Below are positions 52,701-61,600 of a DNA stretch of 64,000 nt, in pieces; within the stretch, counting starts at the first letter, position 1, and each line of letters begins with the position of its first letter. The translations under genes were made by a program, and so were the position numbers. Under the pieces are notes generated by a model that did no database searches, was not told the DNA's origin, and saw only the letters and a program-made list of their open reading frames with translations. The stretch lies in contig CM000436.1 of NCBI GenBank assembly GCA_000165345.1, forward strand, positions 1 to 64,000. Direction: 5' to 3'.

Positions 52701-54194
52701 GAGCTCAAAAAACTCCTTGTTAAGCTTCCAAATCCAGTTGGTGGATTCTGAATATGAAACAAGTTCAAGAATACATTCCAGAGATATTCTTGGTGAAATT
52801 TTAGCAATTGGGTTAAGAAATTGCTCAAATTTGGTCCATACAACCTTTCCAGTATGTTCTAGCGCATTATTCTGTATGTATGAACTATCTTGAATATATG
52901 ATAGGACTATTACAAGAACTTTCTTGAGAATTTGAGTCCAAAGAAAGACCCAATGGTTATTAGTGAGCCATTGAAGGTTTTCAGTGATATGCTTCCTGAT
53001 AAAATGAGTTTGCAAATGTTCAAGAATAAGACTCCAGACACGCTCTAATTGAGATATAGTTGGGGTCTTTTGCAAAGTATGAGAGTCAATGATCTTGAGA
53101 ATTGAGCTACACAAGATGATTCTGAAATACTCTCCCTGTATAGGATAAGATCCAAGCCCATAAGAGGAAAACTGAATATTGGTGAGCCCTGAAATGTAGC
53201 TAATAGAGTCATAAAGCTCCGAATCCTTCTTAGAAGACGAGAATTGTGAGATTGTTGAGTTAGCAAGCAAACAGGAAATTGATTCTATCAAACCAGAAGT
53301 TTTTAAAGTGAAATTTTGGCTGGAACTTAGAGATGAAGATGTATTTACAATAAGTTGAAGTACTTCTTGCTTTCTGGTATTTGCGAGTTTTGGTTGCTGT
53401 ATTAGAATTACAGTAATAGATTGCATTGTACGCTCTAAATTAAAAGAATCATCAAATTCAAGTAAAATTCTTACTCCTGGAATGAGAGTATTTAGAAGCT
53501 GATCAGAAAGTGAGTATCCTGGGACACCTAAAGATAATACTGAAAGTAAACACTCATTTGCAGCATCTCTCATGCTTGTATCTACATGTATTAGAAGTTG
53601 AGGAAGACATCTAATCAGCCCAGGAAAGTGCTTTCTTGTTTCCAGGATCTCAAGCCTAAGGAGGGTTTGAACTATATATAAGGAATTGATTACATGGCTT
53701 GGTTGTATTTCTCTGGCTTGAGAACTGGTAATATCTAATATATTGCCACCATCTAATTTTGTACTAGATTCATTATCATTGTCGAATTGTGTTTGCCCAG
53801 ATTGTTGCTGTTCTATTCCAATGTTGTGATGTTTAAGCTTAGTTAAATCCATATCTTGAAGCTCAGTACCCGTAAATCTGTATAATATTAACATTGTCTC
53901 TTCAAGCAATCTACCGACGGATAGCTTTACATAACTATTTGTAAGTGAATAAAGATTCATCAACCACCTGAGTGCTAAAGCAGGGGGATTTGACTGTATA
54001 AATTGGGTAATCAGATACTCAAGTTGGATTATTGATGAATTTCTAAAGCCTTCCTCCAACATTGGTACTGTGTGGCTTAACCCACTTAGTTCTTTCATCA
54101 CCTCCCACCATTGCTCATTTGAGAGGACTCTAGGCGGAATTGTTGGACATAATAAGTACAATCCAGAAACATGGTTTCTGTACTTTTCCTCCAT
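46740..54194 (-). CDS. Giant helical-repeat (HEAT/ARM-like) hypothetical protein, 2484 aa.
   Basis: Single uninterrupted 7.45-kb ORF of Leu/Ile/Asn-rich helical composition with no catalytic motif recognised. A TTTTGGCGCTAAGA element lies at 54267-54280 upstream. Confidence 0.6.
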   Translation of the reverse strand: MEEKYRNHVSGLYLLCPTIPPRVLSNEQWWEVMKELSGLSHTVPMLEEGFRNSSIIQLEYLITQFIQSNPPALALRWLMNLYSLTNSYVKLSVGRLLEETMLILYRFTGTELQDMDLTKLKHHNIGIEQQQSGQTQFDNDNESSTKLDGGNILDITSSQAREIQPSHVINSLYIVQTLLRLEILETRKHFPGLIRCLPQLLIHVDTSMRDAANECLLSVLSLGVPGYSLSDQLLNTLIPGVRILLEFDDSFNLERTMQSITVILIQQPKLANTRKQEVLQLIVNTSSSLSSSQNFTLKTSGLIESISCLLANSTISQFSSSKKDSELYDSISYISGLTNIQFSSYGLGSYPIQGEYFRIILCSSILKIIDSHTLQKTPTISQLERVWSLILEHLQTHFIRKHITENLQWLTNNHWVFLWTQILKKVLVIVLSYIQDSSYIQNNALEHTGKVVWTKFEQFLNPIAKISPRISLECILELVSYSESTNWIWKLNKEFFELFLRWIFQISLTENFEIPLTSYLSGYVSAILISQYYFPRNNHHNDLLLVENIESILLNSISFTKEKIPIGQSETNNTEFHEALLHNSHFLIGISNSCSNPLITIGILNHIIYYLVESPEIQIFSDPTNSDEKLFIFNNIFLLIQNLLTNILYLNKYKNNDIDSIATTLVSKLYLLVPIWKSILSNYTIEKIVVVIESLTESCERLQLLMESNESETWTIFDDEKENPVILLFKDLKRWLALLWTTIESFHLYIELLEMLNQNEKSHTENNKLEKFLMKACFSIIECLLPFIPLSWTKFFPETNNDFSASEINPELGSILCSPSSSLEDVGEYLRNSSFSKDTINPPSGTKSNDHMKVFLQTIEKFIFPFIGDQNCFSKSVHISALIMSLKLSVYKQLNKSLFSYINHPPISNRSLAMLISDVASDQILMLDLKVPSEVFPSTNLSNINEIKKYNNISIALFSNNDILSLPKYNSYITTQNDYNTTSRLGLMESMLPHSEFASLINQKMVTSNQQLEVYFRKETAQLLSNIISESHFLDQNNLFSHETIKTIFRILLKRSIHVDKFWSSVPSESQYYQQENSNVKIQNLFPFYNDLSPSLFMIAQKGLVSSPNNVSILPLLSIIWLFKDISEKIITKLNMFVSNNSSQIDQEHLKLINNSQDFLFHIFSFLIKFLFGYRYRDLKQQINYQSQNNGKKLPPRIKSCIIRYYTLNLLAYLLSYLHNNKSIFSHYYYAKQKLEYLISWSNYSLSRTNRSSEDSDSLTDLYFLFSILKSKIKNMDQDLSHIIEVFLKDHFNGNISEKNKFFIYRVRKDINFQNNFIEVESDKHFGFEIDSSRYQLTLKSISILNYFGEYLCFYSLRELMNIEIFNHLIELVHNNFMIFLKYPKSFEDLKQPKTNNYTNFNVLMCVSLSLIFHSRLHEISFIDYYGTLYIPNTCKIFFYQDGFLSSLWKFIKNIYFSSNIFSETHSLEILAQEPLKRMPYLNLLGLLIINSSFILRQTKVLEELSTQDYVLILNQDEKLIIILIEWILKNYLIHNEISLSFLKSALKAMKPWKINSILIKAIKYLSKEPENIDFNQSNSINEISKFLLDENNSFNLSTFILYIQLKPFIFTKRDSSEEEFDSNEDQLRSILGVRFIINLDIIEKICETIQARIVQVSTFDSLLTQEMIAYSFWNFNKENLGIEASDLYLLGEVNKFIFKILSLILGCFETYIANLMYIESCILNRILSILKSIISLIPVSSQKISISKFSTTLNKMMVMLLNFGSKNPENSIIINILEFFIQIYSSLSNEFKERIWNTILENTNKQLDKSSSELSHSHLYLLYKLTETAGFENQCLSQKNEQDLILICGKTLDIMINSQDIELCLIRYFAYIGFFMINSIENIHHKIKNDEIREVFNFENLQILIQNIIKKNHTPTFTEKIHYIPSLVSIWNSINYSTDFTEIVVELLVYFYSSRSNKSSLQNVIFFLETVSSLRWFLLDKKVLFSSLRQDLHLDFQTLSIRYFENEISKLEKEGVNDDIVMLNKPPNFTKFVGMIYLFFLDIFRVEKDLNLEEDTILEGTCNQLVYLRVYQLIHELIVLESFGDDQIQLEMVIKSNQNLLLIHKGISLKSFGSDSSAKERISKESYELIMNNMRFLIGKRHFSVLIYTHINWIEDEIRSSIINFGLECLEMDYYINLIDMLCEILIEIHGLRKEIQIENEDDKTMIEKVTKVIFRIFKYQLYSQIYSHPSYFELFKNFTRDHKICENEDQIQIPDFSIILRHHKKLEIMSLNKLEELLEKSNEFNHQVFDLLVLSLLPYNYTYNLEYGNARNLVNTRLFKSWDILRNLVLNETRKKADFSLEIGKSSLIIKIKTFLNKYLEILKKLNQDDFSIVLPSSSVVTWFQALFEQEGREIIEQVENCLSDNELKQVEYEFSKWINMGDFYLPTGHQEISIELLSKLIIYQEDETKQGNSGKKEWKNICVASIKELEKEIEEILESIN

Positions 54195-54525
54195 CTATTG
54201 AGTTTATATTTCTCTATTTAGACTCGTTCAATTTTAAGAGCCTATTTTTTGACCTTTTGAATTGAGTTTTGGCGCTAAGACCAGTTAGAAGCGTTATATT
54301 GGAGGGGGAGTTTAGCATTAATAGAAATAGAATATGATAATTTAAGAGATAATAAGAATTAGAAGAGTTTTTGACTTGATGACTTATTTAGGATTCCAAA
54401 ATTTAAGCCAATATAAAATCTCGAATACTAGAGTTTCTCAAACATGATCTAGGAAATTTGGTGATTTGATATTTGTTTGGATTGAGCGAAAAATAAAACT
54501 TAAATATAAAGAATAAAAACTAGAA

Positions 54526-54543
54526 ATATATATATATATATAT
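54526..54543. repeat. (AT)9 microsatellite.
   Basis: Perfect dinucleotide run in an intergenic region. Confidence 0.9.
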
Positions 54544-54582
54544 CTAATAGTATTATTGTACGTTTTTATGAATGCGAGTTTC

Positions 54583-57096
54583 TTAGAATTTCTGAAAGTT
54601 TTTTACAAAGTCAAAGAAATAGTTTCTCTTTAAGTTTAAATTTTGGATTTCCTTCATTTGGTCAGGAGAAAGGGAGAACTCTTCCTGATCTGAAAGCTCC
54701 AAATCTGCCTCAATTGCCTTATTCAACATCCAGCTATTGTTTCTTTTTTTTCTTAGAATAGAGTGTCCAAGACCTTCAATTTCATTTGCAAGTTCTAAAC
54801 GTTGCTGTACATGCGATACTTGTGATGATAGTAAACCTTGAAGCTCATCTGGAATTCCGACGGATTCAAAGCTTAAGGAAATTGCTTTAAGATGTTTGGA
54901 ATATGCAGGAACATCTTTTGGAGTACAGAAAAGAACACATTCGCCTTGTCTGGAAGCTCTAGCAGTTCTTCCACTTCTGTGAATCATAAGTGAGATATTT
55001 CTTGGGGCTTGGAGGTGGACAACAACATCTACTTCTGGGATATCAAGACCTCTTGCTAAGACGTCTGTACATATAAGAATAGCAGAGTTAGATGATTTAA
55101 ACGATTCAATAGCTTGAATTCTCTGTTTTTGAGAGAGATTGCCATGTATTCCAATGATCTTGAGTGATTTTTCGTTACAAGCCTTACTACACTTTTTTCT
55201 TTTTTTTGGGCCAGGAAGCTCCTTTTCATGAGTATCTTTGCAAACAAGAACCAAAGATAAAAGAGGAGCTAGTCTATATACATATGATATGGAATTGACA
55301 AAGACTAGTATTTTCCCATTTTCAATATAACTTGGACAGAGAGAGCATTGCTGATTTCCTGCCTTGGTATCCCATATTGGAGCAAAGTATTTGAGTAGGT
55401 ATAAAACTAATCTCATTTCAAGTTCATCGCTTTCACATTTAATCATTGAAATTTTGAGTCCTTTTGGAAGCTGTATAATTCCATTTGGTTGGCTCATAGT
55501 TTGGACCTGCTCTCCATTTTCATCCAATAAAGACTTTGTCTTGAACCTGGATAAATCTATTATGAATAGCTGATTCTCCCTAAGTTTTACATACTGCATA
55601 ATACTCTGCATTGCTTTATTGGAATTTTCTGGCATTATAGATGTAACTTTATTATCTTGAATATCTTTTTTACCTTTTGATTGTTTACCTGTGTTTCTTG
55701 TATTAAGCTTAGAAAATCTTGGATGTAAGTGATTTGGCAGAGTCAGAGTAGCTGAAAATAAGTAGTTTTGAATCTTCCTGGGAGTTTTACTCTCCTTATT
55801 ATCAGAATAAATAAGCTGAAGAATTTGCTTTAATTCTCTAAAATGTCCCTGTTCGATTAGTCTATCAGCTTCGTCAAGTACCAAGAATCTTAGTTCATCA
55901 ATTGATAACGTTGTATTAACTTGTTTTCTAGAAGCTTCTCTTTCATCTCCAAACAAAGTTTCGTTCTCGTATTCCCCAAAAATTAAAGCAGATAGCCTTC
56001 CGGGGGTTCCAACAGCAACTTGTACTCTATTTGTTGCTATTAACCTTTCCTGTTTCTCTAAAGAAAGTCCTCCAACAAAAGCATGAATACCAAGACCTGT
56101 ATATTTACCTAAAGCTCTAAGATGATCCCTTACTTGAATGGCAAGTTCTCTACTTGGAAGTACAATGAGTGCTTGAAGAGCTTGATCAGATTTAAACGAA
56201 TTATTCTTTGAAACTTTACTATCTATATTTGACACACTTGTCATTTTAAATCCCATTCTCTCAAGTTCTTTGAAGCCTTCATCTTCCTCTATACCTAATT
56301 GGATATCTGGTTCTTCAAAGCCATCATCATATTCCTTAAGAGATTTTTGTTCAAGCTTTTCTCTTCTTCTTTGAGCTGAAAACATTATGTTTGCAATAAT
56401 TGGAATTCCATACGCTAAAGTTTTACCAGAACCTGTTTCTGCTGCTCCGACTATATCTTTTCTATCCCTGATTGCAGGAACCAAACATGCAGCTTGAATT
56501 GGGGTTGGGTTTAAAAACCCTAGCTCTGATAATCCTTTTAAAATGCTTGGGTGGATAACTAAATCTGGGGACTTTAGCTCTTCCATTTCTTCAGAAGATA
56601 ATTTTTTGCTCATGTTTTTAGTAGATTCATCAATAATATTTGTCCAGTTTGATAATTTTTGCTTTAAGTCATAGTATTCTTCCCAATATTCTTCTGGATC
56701 GAGGATCTGGTCATTCTGTTTAGAACTTATTTTCTGAGTCTTATTATTAATTTCTTTGTTTTCAATTAATGATTTTTTAGCTTTTTTCTGCTTCTTCGTA
56801 ATACTATCTGAGAGCTCAACCTCGCCTTTATTAATGTCTTTATTGGCTCTCTTTTTAGATTTCTTAACTTTACTAGGCTTCTCAACCCCCATTTTACTTT
56901 TATTAAAGTCAGAGTTTGATGTTAAGTTATTATCCTTTCCCAACTCATAAAAAGAAATATCAGTTGGGTCTGAAATTTCTTCAATCATGCTTACTCCATA
57001 TTTTGTGAATTCCGACAATAAGTCACTGCCTAACTCTACCTCCTTCCATTTCAGTCCTTTAGCACCCCCTCGGCTCTTATTCTTTGCAGACTTCAT
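54583..57096 (-). CDS. DEAD-box ATP-dependent RNA helicase, DDX24/Mak5-like. It has a Lys-rich N-terminal extension and a large insertion between motifs I and Ia.
   Basis: Motifs present: Q motif TPIQ, I AETGSGKT, Ia PSRELAIQV, Ib GTPGRL, II VLDEADRL, III SAT, V ARGLDIPEVD, VI HRSGRTARA. Confidence 0.85.
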   Translation of the reverse strand: MKSAKNKSRGGAKGLKWKEVELGSDLLSEFTKYGVSMIEEISDPTDISFYELGKDNNLTSNSDFNKSKMGVEKPSKVKKSKKRANKDINKGEVELSDSITKKQKKAKKSLIENKEINNKTQKISSKQNDQILDPEEYWEEYYDLKQKLSNWTNIIDESTKNMSKKLSSEEMEELKSPDLVIHPSILKGLSELGFLNPTPIQAACLVPAIRDRKDIVGAAETGSGKTLAYGIPIIANIMFSAQRRREKLEQKSLKEYDDGFEEPDIQLGIEEDEGFKELERMGFKMTSVSNIDSKVSKNNSFKSDQALQALIVLPSRELAIQVRDHLRALGKYTGLGIHAFVGGLSLEKQERLIATNRVQVAVGTPGRLSALIFGEYENETLFGDEREASRKQVNTTLSIDELRFLVLDEADRLIEQGHFRELKQILQLIYSDNKESKTPRKIQNYLFSATLTLPNHLHPRFSKLNTRNTGKQSKGKKDIQDNKVTSIMPENSNKAMQSIMQYVKLRENQLFIIDLSRFKTKSLLDENGEQVQTMSQPNGIIQLPKGLKISMIKCESDELEMRLVLYLLKYFAPIWDTKAGNQQCSLCPSYIENGKILVFVNSISYVYRLAPLLSLVLVCKDTHEKELPGPKKRKKCSKACNEKSLKIIGIHGNLSQKQRIQAIESFKSSNSAILICTDVLARGLDIPEVDVVVHLQAPRNISLMIHRSGRTARASRQGECVLFCTPKDVPAYSKHLKAISLSFESVGIPDELQGLLSSQVSHVQQRLELANEIEGLGHSILRKKRNNSWMLNKAIEADLELSDQEEFSLSPDQMKEIQNLNLKRNYFFDFVKNFQKF

Positions 57097-57215
57097 CTTT
57101 AATAATTAAAGGGATGGCTAATCCATCTAACAATTCTTTTGGTTCTATGCTTCCACTATTTTCCTCTTCTTTTCTTGACATTTTATAATTAAATCTATTT
57201 TTCGGTACCAATTCA

Positions 57216-57239
57216 GGCGCCAATAGTTGTGGCGCCTGT
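57216..57239. promoter_or_regulatory. Paired GGCGCC palindromes (AGGCGCCAATAGTTGTGGCGCCTG) between the DEAD-box helicase start and the U1 snRNA gene.
   Basis: Two GGCGCC sites 8 nt apart, about 120 bp upstream of the helicase ATG and about 60-85 bp upstream of the U1 5' end. Confidence 0.45.
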
Positions 57240-57299
57240 CGATGCCCATCATAAAACTGTGCTCATTTAAAATGAATAGAATTCTGAGGTTGGAAGTTT

Positions 57300-57460
57300 A
57301 AACTTACCTGGCCGGCGCTCGGGGTCGCTCAAGAATGACCCTGTCGTAATCCTGAGCAGGGCATTGCACTCCGCTGTCTGTGAAGGGTTATGGATTGATC
57401 AATGATCAATTCCAACGGCGAAATTTCTGGCAGCGGCGACCACGCCGGTGGTCGCCAACC
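57300..57460 (+). ncRNA. U1: U1 small nuclear RNA gene.
   Basis: The 5' end AAACTTACCTGG is complementary to the GTAAGT 5' splice site (human U1 is AUACUUACCUG). It has the U1A-binding loop CATTGCAC within GGCATTGCACTCCG and an Sm site AATTTCTGG at 57422-57430. A perfect 9-bp terminal stem GGCGACCAC-GCCG-GTGGTCGCC follows. The region is a GC-rich island in an AT-rich intergenic context. Confidence 0.75.
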
Positions 57461-57648
57461 AATAAACCAATGTATCACTAAGACCTAAGCTTTTGTGCCT
57501 TTTTGTCCCTAGTATGTTTGCGTTGTTGTAGGTACCTGCTTTTAGTAGTTTTCTGCCCTTGGTGGCGTGCGGTGGACGGTAGACTACAGTTGGGGGAGGG
57601 GGTAGGAAGGTTAGTCTATACTACTTACTACGGGGCTAAGCTACTTCA

Positions 57649-58063
57649 CTAGTCGTTCTTTTTGTCAGATGGCGAGTCCGAATTCTCGTCGGATGATTTA
57701 TTGGCTTCATTGAGGAACTCCTCGAACTTTGGAATGTACCTGTTGGGAAAACAAAAGAAGTAAATAATCACAGGGAATGAGTCTATCGAAGAACTTGCAG
57801 AAAATGAGAGAAACTTACCAGAAGATTAGTCCTGAAAAGATAACCAATAACACGGCCAAAGATAATAAGAGTTTAAGATGCAACATCTCATTGTATTGAT
57901 ACGCAATATAAGACGTTGTGAAAGAAACTAATGCCAAAAATAAACAAGTAAAATTGAGAATCTTAAGAATGAGTTTCTGGTCAATACCAAATACAGCCTC
58001 GATGAATTCTGCGACTCCACTGTCGCTAACGGAGTTTGTCTGTTTCTGCTCGCTTACTTCCAT
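57649..58063 (-). CDS. Small two-TM membrane protein of about 111 aa, spliced. Exon 1 is 58063..57829, the intron is 57828..57740 (GTAAGT...CCAACAG) and exon 2 is 57739..57649. Possibly signal peptidase complex subunit 1 (SPCS1/SPC12)-like.
   Basis: The ORF ends at a TAA that overlaps a canonical GTAAGT donor. Splicing to the AG at 57740 continues the frame as ...GLIFW|YIPKFEEFLNEANKSSDENSDSPSDKKND*. The topology and the (D)QKL..I motif resemble SPCS1. Confidence 0.45.
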
Positions 58064-58672
58064 TTTTTAAAAAATTTCTCGCTATTAGTCTAACAGTGTA
58101 CTTTGCATTCTGACACTCAAGAGATTCCCGCCATTTTGTTTGGCGGTAGCTAAGGTTGGAGCAATGGGTAATTACTATATTTGCATGCACATGCATTACT
58201 TGAGAGGAATAGATAGGAAATACATGCAAATCTTACAATTTGACACGCATTAGTAGTTTTGTAGAGTTTATTTAGAATAGAAAAAAATCAAGCTATATTT
58301 AAGTGAGTAATTCTCTGGATGATGTGGACGATTAAGAAAATAAAAGGGAGTGAATAGAAAACGGTAGATGTGTATAATTAATTCATAAAATGAATGAGAT
58401 AATGTATAATTTTGCTAGTAATTTTGGTATCAAGTTTCCAGAATAATTAAAAAATACAAGAAATATTGATATTAAAAAATGTCCACTTAAATAGACAAAA
58501 GAAGCCAAAGCTATTTATGCGTACTGTGGGGTTTCAAAAGAGGAGGTGGGATATGTCAAAGCAAAAAAAAAGGAAAATATATGAATATATGTATATATAT
58601 ATTTATATATATAAATAATTAAATATATAAATTTAGGAGAGGGAATACAAGGTTGTATGATAAGAAAGAAAG

Positions 58673-61600
58673 ATGTTGGTAATCAAAGAAGAGGATTACA
58701 ACTCTTTGTGGGCAGAACTACAATGGGATGGAGAGAAGTTTGATAAAGTTATGGGATATTTTCGTAAGTATGCAGGATTAGAGGAAGGATTGAGCAGAGA
58801 AAAGCTTTCTAAGTTATTGCTTGACTTAGGAAAAAGCTGTTATACAATTAGAGGAGGTGTGAGCTCAATGACAGAGAGAGGGGACCTATGCTGGATCATG
58901 AGTGGGACTGACATGTTAAGCGGCTCCCAGTTTATGTGTTTGGCAGGACTATTGGATAATTCGACTCCACATTCTACTAGCAGCCCAGCAGGATTGTTAA
59001 GATTGGAAATGATATTTATGTACTATGATAAAGGGAATAAAGGATACTGGAATATGTATGATTGGGAGCTTTTAATGAGAGATATTCAATACCCTGCAAA
59101 GAATGGTGAGAAGTTGGTCCCATATCCACTTGGAGCTGACCAATATATTAACTTTGAAACTTTGAAAAAGTTGGTGGATACAAGAAGGCTTAGAGGTACA
59201 TCTCAACTTTTGAGAGTTTCTTTTGAGTCAGGAAATCCAGAAAGGAAAGAAAACATAGAAATAATTAAAGATAGTAATATTACAGATAAAAAAGTAGATT
59301 CTGAGAACTTAATCTCTAATGTTAACAAGCCATTAAGTGATAATAATACATTTAGTTTGAAAGAAGGTAATGTAGAGTATATTAAATTGAGTGAAAAGAC
59401 AACATATTCACCAATAATCCAAAGTAGAGGTAAACCAGATGAAAAGTTTTCAAACAATGTAAATACCCATAAGTTGCAAGTTTTTTCTCCACGAAAGAAA
59501 GTGGCAGAAAAGAAATCCCCATCTAAAAAAAGGCTTCAAAAACAGAACTCTGGGATTCATGAGGGATTTGACGCGAGCCAAGATACATTGTCTCCTCGAC
59601 CGTTGACTTCTAGAGGGACCTTTTTTGATTATAATACAAAATCTTCAGTTTATCAAGATGGAGTTTCCTCTTATATGTCTAGAATCCCCGTTGTTTCAAA
59701 TGCTCTGGACTCAAATTATACACCAAGGTTAGCATTTAGAGGAAGTGTTGCACCAAATTCTTATTACACAGTAAATGATGGAAGGCAATTTATAGCTAAC
59801 CAAGTAACTCCGTCAGTTGTTCCAAATGCAATTCAGCATATACCTTACCAAATTCCTGTTAATGTATCATATCAGCAAATGCCAATTCAACAATTCATGA
59901 GGCCAACCTCAAATTATATCTCCCCACATATTGCAGCTCAAATAAATAAGGGAGTAATGGAGTCCGGATCTTTGGGCTCACCAATGATGAATTCTTCAAA
60001 TGCTGGAGCTGATGATCGAAGTGGAATGCAAAATTTCAACAAATTTCAAACTTTTGGACAATCACTTCAAAATATGGGTCAGTCAATCATATCCATGATT
60101 CCCAAAGTCTTTTCTGTGCCTAATATTACAGTAGGAGCAGGCAACTATTCTTATGTATCTCAGGATGATATTCAGAAGAGAGGTGGCAAAAGTTTGAATG
60201 ATGGAGTAATTAATCCTCATTTTCAGAGCTCTCCAAAGTCAATTATTAATACAAATGAACAACCGGATACAAATAGTATATATGGTTCAACTAGAAAAGT
60301 AAGTGATAACAGCAATTTCAACATGGGCGGTGAGACTATGAGTAATGGAATGATGCTTCCAAATTTCCACTCTACTTATTCAAATGAGAACTATCCAATG
60401 TCAATAGATTTATCAAAATTGAATGCTGTTACATTACCAGTGATTCCTGAGAGTGGTAGTAATTTCAATTCCTATCAAGTAGGAAAGGCTGGAGGTGAGA
60501 TAGTGATTAAAGAAAGTGCTAATGAGGTAGAGGATGTTAAACTAAACAAAATTATTAGTCATGAAATTAAATCAGAGATAGAAAATGGTACAAAAAAGCC
60601 AATTAGAATTGAGGAAGTAGATCATTTCTTCACTTTTATGGAACAATTACTATATAATGAAATAGTTGGCAGTGCTGGTCTTTTTGATAAGGTATTAGAA
60701 AGCCATGAATCCAACTTCCAACTTTCAGACAAAGAAGAGATGTTGATTGGCCCATTAATGCAGTTAACTACGATGGATCAGTTTGTGTTAACATTTGCAC
60801 TAAACTGCGTAGTTTCACATCAGAATTCTGGTAATTCATATAACCAAAATGAAGGAGTTCTTGGAAATGGGGTTTCAATTGATGTTGTTGGTGAGAAGAT
60901 TAATTCTCTTATAGATCTGTTCCATCGTATCTATAGGATTATGTTTCAGGATTTAAGAAACGAGGTTGAGAGGAATGGCGATGCTATATTGAGTTCAAAT
61001 AGTATAGATGACCAACAAAAGGTTCAAGATAAAGACCCATTTGTTGGATATGGTTTTCTTCCATATATTGTTAAGATGGTATGGGAGAAGGTTAGAGCAG
61101 CTCTAGAGGGAGACTTGGATATTATTGAAACTATTAAGGACATTTGTGTTGTTTATTATCATTATTTGTTGGAGTCGAATGGATCATTTGCCACCGAGAA
61201 TAACTCCGAAGAAAGTTCTCAAGCTCTAAAGTATAGTTCTATCGAGGAAATGATTGAAATTGTTAGGCAAAGATATGTTGTGGCTATGAAGATGTTATCA
61301 CTGAATAATTCTGCCAAGACTAATAGTGCAGAAGCGAAGAAGATTAAGAATCAGGCTTCAGTATTAAGACAAGAACCGGTACCAGATCCATCAATTTCAA
61401 AGATTACTCAGGCTCCTCATTCATTACCTAAACCACAAACTTGTATTGATTATTCTCATCTCCAAAATAAGGGTAAGAGTATTGGGCAGGTACAGAACCA
61501 AATTCGCTATGAAAACCAACTTAGAGGAGAAAATTTCAATTTAATATTGAAGGAAGTTAATAAGAGTGTCTTTGTACCTGTTGCAAAGAGTAGAGTCAGC

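Noticed and set aside
47433-53266. Several 60-90 aa ORFs on either strand inside the 2484-aa gene (47433-47636, 48874-49062, 51649-51909, 53045-53266).
   Set aside because: They are nested within an uninterrupted 7.5-kb ORF and are chance open frames in AT-rich coding DNA.
54583-57096. Possibility that the DEAD-box gene is eIF4A or another minimal helicase.
   Set aside because: Its 837-aa length, Lys-rich N-terminal extension and roughly 70-aa insertion between motifs I and Ia are incompatible with eIF4A/DDX5-type cores. They point to the DDX24/Mak5 subgroup.
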